Source of the DNA: the human T2T-CHM13v2.0 reference genome, Homo sapiens
Strand: one strand, 5' to 3'
DNA length: 64,000 nt
Assembly: GCF_009914755.1 (NCBI RefSeq)
Contig: NC_060932.1
The notes beneath the pieces are model-generated. The model made no database searches. It worked only from the letters and a program-made list of their open reading frames with translations, and was not told the origin of the DNA. This document shows positions 34,848 through 46,239 of the stretch, piece by piece. Made by a program: the position numbers and the translations under genes. Every line of letters starts with the position of its first letter. Positions within the stretch are counted from its first letter, which is position 1.

Positions 34848-35372
34848 TATGTATTTCCTATTTGGCAATACAGAGTACCATAAATTTACTGGCTTAAACT
34901 CACCATCCCCCAAAACCCACAAATGAATTTATTGTCTTACAGTATTGGAGGTCAGAAGTTCAACAGAGATCCTGCCAGGCTAAGATCAAGTTATTTGCAG
35001 GGCAGGGTTCCTTTCAGAAGGCTCTATGGGAGAGTTTTTTTCTTGCCTTTTCCAGCTTCTATAGGCTGCCCTTATTTCTTGGCTCATGGCCTTTCCTTCC
35101 TCTGCAAAGCCAGGAACATTTGACTAAGTCCTTATGTCATATCTCTCTGAACTACTCTTCTGCCCTCCTCTTTTTCCACTTTTAAATTAACGTGATCAGA
35201 TTGGACCCACTTGGTAATTCAGCATAATCTGCCAATCTCAAGTTTAGCCCATTAGAAACATTTATTGCATGTGCAGTCTTAATTTTCTTTTGCCATGTAA
35301 GGTAACATAATTTACAGGTTCTGGGAATTAGAGTGTGGATACCTTTGGAGGGTCATTATTCTGCCTACCATC
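34848..35372 (-). mobile_element. MLT1C/D-like MaLR LTR
   Basis: TTTATTGTCTTACAGTATTGGAGGTCAGAAGT...CAGGTTCTGGGAATTAG...ATTATTCTGCCTACCA. Confidence 0.85.
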
Positions 35373-36109
35373 TCCTATATCTGCCTACCGATTAGGTTTA
35401 GCTGTGAATAATAGAGACTAAAAATAATAATGATTTAAATAAAACAAGTTTATTTTCCTATCACATAAATGTCCTAATACAATGATTAGCATTTTTATAT
35501 TATAGATGTTGAAACGAATACTAATAATTTCAATGAATCATATGAACTATGGATATTATTAAAAGATGACTTTGTTTTCATTTTAACACCAGTGCAAATT
35601 TCTAAAGTAGGTTTATTCTATGTGTATATAAAGTTATTACAACCAGTCATTTTTATTAAGTTTGTAAAAAAAAATCCAGTAACAACAAAAAACTGAGTTC
35701 TAAAGGGAGACAGGAAGAGCAAAAGCAAAGATCACTTTTGAATCATTTGCATTAACATCACATAGCAACTTGTAATAATACCAATGACAAAAACATGTTT
35801 ATTAGGAAGTTTTAAAAAGGTAATGAGATTTCTTGGCTATTTAAAATGCTTATGAGAAACTGAAGCCCTGAAAATACCTTAGTGGACAGGAATAATAAAC
35901 TAATTATTGGAAGGTGACATTTAATAGGGATAATGTGATTTTAAAAATATGAAGAGACAGTATAAGGACATAGTATTTTAATGGAAACATCTATTTAATT
36001 TTCTTAAGCTGGTAGGAGGATTTGGTGGTAGTGTAATAGCCAGATGCTAATTACAACCTAATTTGAATGAATAGCATCATATAGAGAATATTCCTTAAAA
36101 AATGTGCGG

Positions 36110-36550
36110 AGTGTGGCACTCTGGGCTGTTCCTTCCATACCTGAATATAAAGTACAATTCTGGACACAGTAACAAGAAGGGCACATTTAAGCTGAAACAT
36201 TTCCAGAAGAGAATAAACCTGAGGATGAAAAGTCTGACACTGTGCCAGTTCTGAAATCAGAACTGTGTGTCTTGTGGAGATAAACATATAGGGAATGTGA
36301 TAGCCGTCTTAAAATATCTACAGAATATCAGATAAAGAACATTTAGACCTGATCCATGTAGTCTCAAGGGACAGTTCTCAGACCAAAGAGAAAATTTTTT
36401 TTCAATTTAAAGTCAATATTTTTCTAATAACTAGAGATTTCAGGAAGTAGAATAGACTACATCAAGGGGAAGTGGATGATCCACCACAAGATTGTACCTG
36501 CATAAACTAAGAATTTATTTCCAGAAACACTTTCAGAGAAGACTTAGGGC
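36110..36550 (+). mobile_element. L3/CR1 LINE fragment
   Basis: CR1 RT-end-like CAATTCTGGACAC...CCAGAAGAGAAT...GTGATAGCCGTCTTAAAATATCT. Confidence 0.6.
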
Positions 36551-37059
36551 TAATCCTCAGATGTCCTCTAAGCTTCCTTGACCAATCCCTCCTATGTTAG
36601 TACTGAGTAAAGCATGTATGCCACACTTACATATGGCATCCTTATTCTTTCTTTTTTTTTTTTTGACATTCTATTTCTTAGAATTTGTTACATTCTTTTA
36701 ACTAGTATACTAGAAATAGAATAATTCTGCACATTGTATTTTAGCCAATAAAAACTGAAGTATATTTTGTTTATTACTGGTGGTAGGGCATATGGTAAAG
36801 AACATATAGCATCGAACTCAGGACTTCAAATACAATTCTGTAAGCATGATAACAAGAATTATCTTCACAGCTCTCTGAAGGATTTCCTTCTTTATCTGAA
36901 ATGAGAGTAACTAAGACTGACGATTTGGATAACCCATAAGACCCCCAAAAATTATGGAAAAAAGAAGCCCTAAAAATTAGGAATACATTTTGTGACAGGT
37001 AGGATGGGGGTTTATATCTATTTTGTTTGCGTAGGTACAGCTATAAAAAAACTAGCTTA

Positions 37060-38955
37060 TATTAGGTCAATGTTTCCACCAAGAAAAAAAATTGAAAGCT
37101 AGAAAACATGCATACAACACTCACAAGACCACAACCAACAACAACAAACAATAAATAAGCTGTTTTAAGGCAGTGAAAAGAAACAATGATATTTAAGTGG
37201 CCAGGACCCCAGGAAGAAGGGAAATACATCATGGCAAGTCCCAAATTATCTGACACTTTCCCATCCAAGCATTTTCAACCAAGCAGAAAACTGCAGCTCA
37301 GTGATTTGTGCAGTCTCATAAGGCTGAGTAGGCAAAACTTGGAGTTTAGGGTTACCAAGGCAGCCATCACATTAAAAGTCAAGATCCAAAACAAAGTAAT
37401 GTGTAGAAGTATAAGTCTGATATTTTGTGCATTTTGTTTTCCCTCAAGGCATTCTACTGATCCCTAAAGTGTGCATAAGATACTGAGAACTTAAGCAGAA
37501 ATTGACGTGTAAATGTCTAAAAAATAAATCAGGGACTTCAGTAGTCCCAAATGGATGAAGAGACAAAATTGGAGCTTATTGTTTTTCAAAGAAAATAGGC
37601 ACTGGTAATCAAACCCAGACTTTCAATTGATTGGTATGCTAAGGACAACACTCTATAAGTAAGAAAAAACAAAAATAGAGAAACCTTAAAAAATAAACAA
37701 CAACCAAACTGAAGCACAGTCTTTAATCAACTCAATCTCTGACTGAATTAAGGTGATTTTTTTAATCAATGTAACTGTTTTCCAAAGAAACCTAAATCTC
37801 CTCGAAATAAGATTGGCATCATTCAAAGGCTAAATTGCTTTCTTTATGCAAAATGTCCAAAATTTTATTTTAAAACACACAAGCTGTGCTAAGAGATAAA
37901 ACCAAATAGCTGAAAATCAAGATGTTAAAAAAAAGAACACGATAAAATTAAAATTGATCTACAGGCTATTCAGATACTAGGATATTAGACACTGTGCAAA
38001 TCTGGTATCAATGCTTTAATGGCTAAAATGATAAAGGTACCATGAAAGCTATGATTCAAGTATTTAAAAAATAGAAGACAAGGTGGAAAGTTATACCTGA
38101 AAAGTATAATCCACAAAGAAGAATTAAATAGGAATACTAGAACTGAAAAACATCATAAATGAAGTTAAGAAATCAATAAAATGTTTAACAGCATTCTAAT
38201 TAGATAGAGCAGTTGGAAAAATCCAAACTAACTCAGAGGGAGTAAAAAGGGTACAAATACAGAACTGTGCATCAGGACCAAGTAAAACATAATTATTTTT
38301 AACATATGTGTAATTCATATTCAGAAAAATGAAAACAATATTTGAAAATATAGTGACCACAACTTTTCCAAGCTAAAAAACATTAAGCCACAGATAAAAG
38401 AAGCTCTATGTCCTGTGTAAAAAGATAAATAAAATTAAAATCACAGGTAAGAATAAAAAGCTTCTAAAAGATAAACAATTGGAAGGAAGAAAGAAAATAA
38501 AGATAAGAAAGGAAAGGGCCACACTCTATAAGTAAGAACAAACAAAAATATAGAAGCCTTAAAAAATAAACAACAACAGAACTGAAGCACAGTCTTTAAT
38601 CAACTCAATCTCTGACTGGATTAAGATGATTTTACCTTCAAAGGAGAAACAACACTGACAGTTGACTTTTAAACAAAAATGATCGTGGCCAGAAGAAAAT
38701 GGAATGACATTTCTAAAGAGGCAAAGACAAATAAAATAACCCAGAAAAAATACTGGTCATAAGAAAAGCTAAAGAAAGACACTTTCAAGCCAATAAAAAC
38801 TGAGCTAATTCATTATCTTCAATATGCCACGTGAAACTTGTGAGATTGGGGTAAAATAATGTCTGGAGGAAATTTTATACCTTAAATGCATGTTAGAAAA
38901 TAAAAACAATATTTAAAATCTCTATTTTTACATTTAATTATCTATCTCCAGAAGT
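37060..38955 (+). mobile_element. Old L1M: 5'UTR, ORF1 and early ORF2 remnants
   Basis: A-rich. ORF1-like GGAATACTAGAACTGAAAAAC and GCCAGAAGAAAATGGAATGACATT. ORF2-like AACTTGTGAGAT...GGAAATTTTATACCTTAAATGCATGTTAGAAAA. Confidence 0.75.
37648..38632 (+). repeat. Dispersed direct repeat, ~112 bp (37648-37759 and 38521-38632)
   Basis: ACACTCTATAAGTAAG...GAAGCACAGTCTTTAATCAACTCAATCTCTGACTG occurs twice, with about 7 mismatches and no indels. Confidence 0.92.
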
Positions 38956-38959
38956 TTTA

Positions 38960-39861
38960 ATTCACAGGATAAATGACATCTTCATATGACAAGGCACTGC
39001 CAGCCTATTATTTGCTGTATTTCTGATCACTAACAAAGTCCTCTAGTGTTAGATGGATATCACTTTAAGAAACTACTAAAAATGTGGGCTCAATTGCTGA
39101 ATTGTCTTTGGAGTAGATTAGATTTGTTACATCTGCATTGTGATGCACTTCTACTGATGTATTAGCTGGAGTGTGTGCACTGGGAGGAATCTGTATTCTA
39201 TTATAGCTCCTTTATGGCATGTGGCTTGGGTCATAAGTTGAAGATGGTGGCTGACATGGCTCAGTGGACAGATAGGTTGCTTCAGCATTTTCATTTTCTG
39301 CAATATTGTTATATTGTTATCTTCTTCAATTCCAGCAGATACTAGTTGAGGCAGCTCCCCATTCTTTAAACAAATATGAATATATTTTGCTTTTCATCTT
39401 ACATACTTTCTGTGTTTCACATTTTCATCAGTGAGTTGTCCTAATATTATTATGGCATCTATTTAAAACTGTGGAGTATAAAAAGGGCTTGATCATCTTG
39501 TGAAATCACCCAGCATGATCATTGTCTGAGTATAAAAACATTTTCTAAGCATAGTTCTCCAAATGGGCAGGACTAAGTATTTTCTTGCCTAATAGCTTCA
39601 TGATCACCCAACTGTTTCATAAGTATTTCTAACTGATCCATTAGCTTTGATAAAAATGTACAACTCTCAGGAGTTTTACTATCAGTCTTCATTCTGGTTT
39701 GCATTGCATAGAAACAACAGTAATAGAGCACCGCGGGGTCCGGCTTGTCATGCTCCTGAGCTGTTTTCATATGATGCTGTATGCTCTTAAACTGGGGAGG
39801 AAGTGGGGACAGTAGAGCAATCATGAACATCTCTATTCCAGAAATCACCATTTCCTCTGCA
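38960..39861 (-). pseudogene. VTA1P2: VTA1 (LIP5, ESCRT/VPS4 cofactor) processed pseudogene
   Basis: ORF 39573-39851 (QFKSIQHH..TAQEHDK..YAMQT..DSKTPE..FLSKLMDQLE) matches the VTA1 N-terminus. It continues without introns, with frameshifts and stops, through LTDENVKHRKY, GIEEDN, TYDPS, IQIPP and GSAL.YEDV. The parental ATG is at 39830, preceded by a short 5'UTR. The P2 numbering is from memory. Confidence 0.93.
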
Positions 39862-40880
39862 GATCATATTTTTATGAATAAAAATAAAAAACAAAAATAA
39901 GTTACTGGAATGAATAAGTGATATAGCAAAGATTTTGAATTCAGCCAATATAAAGATCCATTTTACTTGTATGTACTGGCAGTTAGAAAATCTAATTTAA
40001 GAAAAGATACCTTTACTATGGCACGATACATGAAATTTAAGATATGTAGTCAAAAAAATTACAAAATGTTTTAGAAACATTTAGAAATAAATGTAAAACC
40101 TTAAACTATATTATCAACATGGATGGGAAATAATATATTAAAGACATTACTTTTCCTGAAATTGTTCTATTGATTGATGGAAATCATAGGGGCAATTTGA
40201 TAGGTTGATCCTACAATGTATATGGAATTGAATGCTCTAAGAGTAGCCAAGATGATTTGAAGACAAAGAATCAGATTAGAAACATTGTACATCTAAACAT
40301 CAAGAAATGCCAGTGACTGATACAAGCTGATATTATGCAACAATAGACAAATACAGTAATGGAGATGACTAGAGCAATAGATGGCAAACCATGACCTGTG
40401 AGCTGGATTCTGCTTTTATAAATAAAGTTTTATTGGAATGGAACTATAACCATTCATTGACATATTGTCTATGGTTGCTTTTGCATTACAATGGATAAGT
40501 TGAGTAGTTGTGCAGAGACCATATGATGCACAATGCTTGAAATATTTAATATCCGTTCTTTCAGAAAGTTTGCCTGCCATGGGCTAGAGAGTTTAAAAAC
40601 ATACTTGAGTGCATGTTACCACTTGGCCTGTGACAAACATAACACTGCCAGTGAGGGAAGTAAGATCTTTTCAATAAATTGTACCAGGTCCTACAGAAAT
40701 GCTTAGAGAAAAGGTAACTCTTGACTCACTCTTCACATCACATTCAAAACCTAATTCCAAGATTAGTTCGGATACAAATGTAAAAGGTCAAATTTTTATA
40801 ATAAATATCTGAATTAATGAGATCAGAATGTATTTATAGCCTTGGGATAAACAAAGAGTTGTTAAAAAAGGAAACACTAA
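39858..40880 (+). mobile_element. Old L1M ORF2 (RT and downstream), interrupted by MER58A
   Basis: GCAGATCATATT (FADD-motif remnant), CATGGATGGGAA, AGATCTTTTCAATAAATTGT. Confidence 0.7.
40375..40581 (+). mobile_element. MER58A (hAT-Charlie MITE)
   Basis: GGCAAAC...AATAAAGTTTTATTGGAA...GTTGAGTAGTTG...AAAGTTTGCC. 8-bp TSD GACTAGAG/GGCTAGAG. Confidence 0.85.
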
Positions 40881-41588
40881 GAAGGAGCTATGAGTTTCTG
40901 TAAAGCAATAGTAGGCATCATTTTCAGACAAAAAAGACGCTAGATTATTTTTCAAACAACTTTGAGTCTGATCTGCCTGAAAACTGATAGCGTTTAGAAC
41001 AACTTTTAAATGTGAATGAAGAAGAATGGACCCCTCATATCCCCTTCCCTTCCATTATCCTCAAAGGGTATAAGTTCAGGAAGGATGAAAAGGGCTCCTA
41101 ATCACTATTATCAGTGATAAAAAATTTGTTCAATAATATGCCTGAGTTACACTATCTTGGGTGTTCTTTATTATAGGCTATATATTCCTAGCGAAGAAAA
41201 GACTGGAAATAATTTTGGCAAATCACTTGAAAGAATACATATTTCATTTCACTCCACACAACAGAGCCCATTTGGAGTATTTAATGGAACTGTTTACAGA
41301 CTACCTGAAAATCTTAAATTTGATTTTCAGCATCCCCATTTAGTTTTATCATACCATTTGCACTGCCTACTAATTCTGTGGCTGTGTGGAAGATTGTGCA
41401 AAATCCCAGTTTGTCCCTGCCTGTTGATAACACCTTTATTCAACTATTTTAAAGCTGAGTAGCAAGTGCTAGTATTTTTTACATCACTTAGAGCCAGTCT
41501 TTTCTGAAGGCAGGTGGAAAAACCATTTAAATGATATGAATATAGGAATTATTAGAAGGCTACATAAAACAAGTCTTTAAACTTCTAT

Positions 41589-41806
41589 CAGGTGTCAGCA
41601 AACTGTTTTCTGTAAACAGCCAGAAAGTAAATATTTTAGGCTTTGCAGGCCGTATAATCTTTGTAGCAGCCATTCAACAATGCTGTATTCATGTAAAAGC
41701 AGCCATAGTAGTCATAAGTAAACAAATGGGCATTACCATGTTCCTTTATTCACAAAGACAGGTGTCTGGCTAATTTTGGGCAGTGGTCCATAGTTGCCCA
41801 ATGCCT
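41589..41806 (-). mobile_element. MER58A, opposite orientation to the 40.4-kb copy
   Basis: CAGGTGTCAGCAAAC...GCCAGAAAGTAAATATTTTAGGCTTTGCAGGCC...CATAGTTGCC. Confidence 0.85.
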
Positions 41807-42104
41807 TTGCTAGGTCAATCCTGAAATTCTATCCTTCCCTTATTTTAAGATAGTGATCCTTCTTATAATATAAGGGCAACCCTATATACTACCAACTACC
41901 AAGTATAATTTTGTAGAAATTATCTTTCAAATGCAAAATGGATTTCAAAAAGAACAAAAGTAAAAAGCACTGAGAGACCTAGGCTAAATGAGGTCAATGC
42001 CAATATTTAGCATCAATTATTAGGAAAATGTATTTTTTAAAAATATTGACCAGGAACAGAAGGCAAACCTCATTGAAGAAAGACTTTTTCTGGCGTCCAT
42101 GTCA

Positions 42105-42480
42105 ACTCATTCATTAAGTCACTTACTATTCAACAAAACATTATTGTCCACTTCCTATGTCAAAGGACACTTTATACTAGGTGCTAAGGATAGGGTATTA
42201 AATACACGCCAGCCAAGATCCAGGCCTTAATGGAGTTTTTAATCTAGTAGGAAATACAGACACCAGGTAACTAATTAAAAGGGTAATTAATGCTGCTGAA
42301 GAGAAGTAGAAATACTGTGAAAGCAGATGATAGAAAATCTTATGTAGAAGGCAGGAATAGGGTGGGGTGGAGGTGCTGATAAAATATCTCTGAGTGAGTA
42401 ATGCTTAAGCCATAATATTAAGTCAGAGCTGGCCAGGAGTAGAGGACTGAGGTTGAGAGGGGTAAGGGTTTTCAGGGCTT
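42105..42480 (-). mobile_element. L2 3' fragment
   Basis: CATTCATT...TTCAACAAAACATTATTG...CTAGGTGCTAAGGATA. Confidence 0.65.
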
Positions 42481-43704
42481 CAGTCTTGGACTTGCTGTCC
42501 ATACTCTAAGGTCATACGTTTCACATTTGTATTTAATTATGATACTGAGGATAACCTTATTTCACTTAGTAAAACAGAATAAGTATTTTCCTACTGTGGC
42601 TACTGGGTGAGCATCTCAGATGCCTTAGAACAGAAATAAGGATTTATCCTTATTTCATCTTGGATGAGTTATCCTGCGCTCTTGGCCAAAATTTAACCTA
42701 GCTTCATGTTTGACCTTCATCTACTTATCAAATATAATTATTTCACTGATATTAAGTCAAAGACCATGAAAAAACTTTAGCCAGGATAAATTTTATGTTT
42801 AGGGATGAACACCCATTTGACAAGAGACAGAGAGAGACAGAAAGGAGGGAGGGTGGGAGGAAGAAAGGAAGGAAGAAATAAGAAAAGAACTGGTCTTGGT
42901 GTAGAGAGATCCTGACAAGTGACTAATAGCAGAAAAATATCTTCAAGTTTATGTCTAAAGAGGTTTAAACTGAAAATGTCACCCAAAAGGCATTTGGAGA
43001 ATTGTTTTGTGAGTAAATGTCATATCTGTAGGAAAAAAAAAGACTAATAGACTCTCTGAACTGTAACAGCTTGACCGCAGTAAAATATACAGTCAATTTT
43101 TATAAGACTTATTCATAGTGCAATGGGTAAAGCTACTTGTTTCTTGATGTTACAATATTTAATACTCTGTACACTGTGGGTGATACACCACAGGTTTGCA
43201 AGACTTGGGTCAAGAGAATTGGTACAACCCTGAGACTTGCTTTATGTTTCTATCTGACATTTTCATTCAAGAGCTACGCCTGCAACTTCAGCAAATGGTG
43301 TAACATAAAAGAGCAGATATATGCATACAATTGTCATCTCTTTAATCCCACATCTTTATGGCTATGAGGGTCACAGAGGACCAGTGGTCCTGAGATACCA
43401 GATTTGATATCTATCCTCTTGGAAGACAGTCTCCTGGAGGAATTTCCACCTTTCAGATCCAGTAGACTGGACCCTAATACATCAGGGCAATTATTTTCTA
43501 AATAGAATATTAGTGCATCACTCGTAGGGGAAAATCATTGATGAGTTGATGCATATAATTAATGTAGTTTTGATATCATAAATAAGAAATGTACATTGAA
43601 GAACTGTTCATTTGTAGAAGCCAAGACACTGAGGTGACTATTTAAAATTAAGTTATTTCTATGCATGGACCACACAACAGCAATAAGCACTCAGAGAGAT
43701 GGTT

Positions 43705-44025
43705 GACTCCTATTTCTCAGATGTCAGCTCAGTGGTCACTTATGCAGAGGAACCTTTTCTTACCTTTCAAACAAATGTGAATCTCCCACTTAAAACTTAT
43801 CATAGTTTAAGGTCCTTCTCCATTCTGTAGTATTTATTATGTCAGGATCTCACTAGTATTTGAATGGTTATTTTGTGAATATCAGTGTTCCACTAAATAA
43901 CATCAGTGATATAAGCATGGGCATAATGTCTAGTTTTGTCCACCTTTGTGTTCAAAAGCATTGTCTACAGTAGTACGTGATGGATATAGAAAACTATTTT
44001 TATTGAATGAATGAGTCAATGAATG
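43705..44025 (+). mobile_element. L2 3' end
   Basis: Ends with TATTTTTATTGAATGAATGAGTCAATGAATG. Confidence 0.6.
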
Positions 44026-44419
44026 GGAAATAATAATATAATAGCTGATAGATTTATAGAGGGCAAAACATATATAGGTTTAATTTGTTTTAATTTGGGG
44101 AGCAGAGTCAAAATAATCATGTTAATAAAAATATATCCACAATCAGCTTGCCTAAATTCAGCTAATTCAAAATATTAGAAACTAAATCTTTGCTTAAGAA
44201 TTTTCTGGTAAAATGCAATACTCCACAAGCAAGATACTACAGTAAGTAATTAATCGTACAACTGAGTTTGCTAGATTCGGTCCATTTCTGGATCTGTCAA
44301 TGAGTGGAAAAAGTTTCATAAATCCTCTTTATCAGATTAGTCCTTAGGGCTTAGTAAATAAAAACAGTGAGTAAATGACGCACGGAGGTAGGGACAGAGG
44401 AAGGAAGAGGATTTAGAGC

Positions 44420-44670
44420 TATAACAGTGTGGGGGATAGAGCTTGAGTTCTAGCACCAGATTGTCTGGATTCTTAAACCTCTCTGCAATGAACATCAGCT
44501 GTATGTCTTATGCCACTTATTTAATCTCATTGGGGCTTCACTTTCCCCATCTCTAAAGTGGGCATGTTAATGTGCTTGCACCATTAGGCAATTTAGAGTA
44601 TTAATTACAGTAACGTGTGTAACGTGCTTAGAAGGCTTAGAAGTGTGTCAGTCACATTGTGTATGCACTA
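44420..44670. mobile_element. MIR
   Basis: CACTTATTTAATCTC...CTTCACTTTCCCCATCTCTAAAGTGGG...GTGTAACGTGCTTAGAA. Confidence 0.7.
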
Positions 44671-45061
44671 TGCAAGGGTTAACCCTTAATTTTCCACCCT
44701 CTTTGTAGACTTGGTATACTTCAGGCCTATAGTCATGCTGTTGTTGCTCTTTTTAGAAGAAAACCCCTTTAGAATTTGACAATCTTAGAAAGAATTGAAA
44801 GTTGTAGTTCAACATTTAGGAAATACTTCAAAAAGCAGGCTTTTTTCACATAGATCCTGTTGAGTTTTAAGCATCTGAATTTTTTGTGGTAAACATTACA
44901 AGTTTTTAGGATGAATAGCAAAACTAAGAAAGTTCTTATAATTAAAATATTTCTTGGCACACCGTCTATTTCTACGTTCCAACTTCTCTATGTCTATATT
45001 TGTAATTTACAGATGATGAGAAAACAATGAGCAAGTATACGGATGCCATTACTTTTTTAAA

Positions 45062-45348
45062 CATACATACTTATATATATTATATATTATATAAATATGT
45101 ATTATATATAAATATATAATACATAATTATATATTATATATTATATGTATTTATATAATTATATAAATTATATAAATACATATATTTTATATAATTTATA
45201 TATTTTATATATTATAAATATATATAATATAATTATATAAATATATTATATATTATATATTAATTATATACATAATTATATATTATATTATATATTTATA
45301 TATTAATTATATACATAATTATATATTATATATATATACATATATATG
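45062..45348. repeat. (TA)n-like AT-only low-complexity tract
   Basis: About 285 bp of almost pure A/T, with an internally duplicated ~30-bp unit TATATTAATTATATACATAATTATATATTAT. Confidence 0.95.
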
Positions 45349-45405
45349 AAGATTGGGTCCTCTTAGGAGGCCATATCTGCCTCATCACCCCTCAGGGGGT
45401 CAGGA

Positions 45406-45424
45406 TGGCCACTAGGTGGCACTC
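45406..45424 (+). promoter_or_regulatory. Candidate CTCF site (forward orientation)
   Basis: TGGCCACTAGGTGGCACTC versus the canonical TGGCCACCAGGGGGCGCTA; it fits the CCASYAGRKGGCRS core. Confidence 0.7.
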
Positions 45425-46239
45425 AGATTTCAAATTGCAATGCAAATTAGATAAGGTATCTAATTTCCAAAAAAGTTTATTGTCCCCAAAACTTTGCTAT
45501 ACTGCAGAATAGCTCTTTCTTCCCCTTTAGCTATCTAAATGTGTGGAGGTTCCACAAGATAAAGTTGAATCTTCACTGTACAATCGAATTAGTGCTCTCC
45601 CTTTTAATTACAGGTTTAAGAATATGTACGTGTGGATTCTATTGCAACACAAATACTACATAATTATTTCATTTTTATTCTGTAACCAAAATGCTTTAAG
45701 TTAAGAAAGCCCCTTCAAGATATTTCAAAGATATAAGCCTTAATATCAGTACTTCAGTACTGAAACTGTAGGAAAATGTCAATTAGAAAGATTATGCATT
45801 GAAAAGTCATTTTTAAAACTTCCTGCATTCGTGTCCTGTTTTCTGCATGGATTTGTAACATTAATGGAAGTGTTTTAAACATCTAACAATGCTTACTATA
45901 ATTTTTTAAAATATATGTTACCTCTCTAAAACTGTCTTATTCAAAAACCAAGCCTGATAGAAAAGAAATATGGATCTGTGAATAAGAAAGAGATTGTGGA
46001 ATCATAAAGCAACTACATTGGACTTTCTGTTTAAGAATTGAATGAATTTGAACAAATTGAAAAGGAATTTTCAAATGTCAGAAAATGCCAGTATATTAAA
46101 AATTTTAAGCAAGGCATAAGCATTAAAATGGATGCTTCAATCTCAATAAATCCTCCATACCAAACCACAATGCATACAAGATTCGAGGTTTAAACTTACT
46201 GAAATCGAGGTGCATTTGACATGAGATACCTGTATTTGT

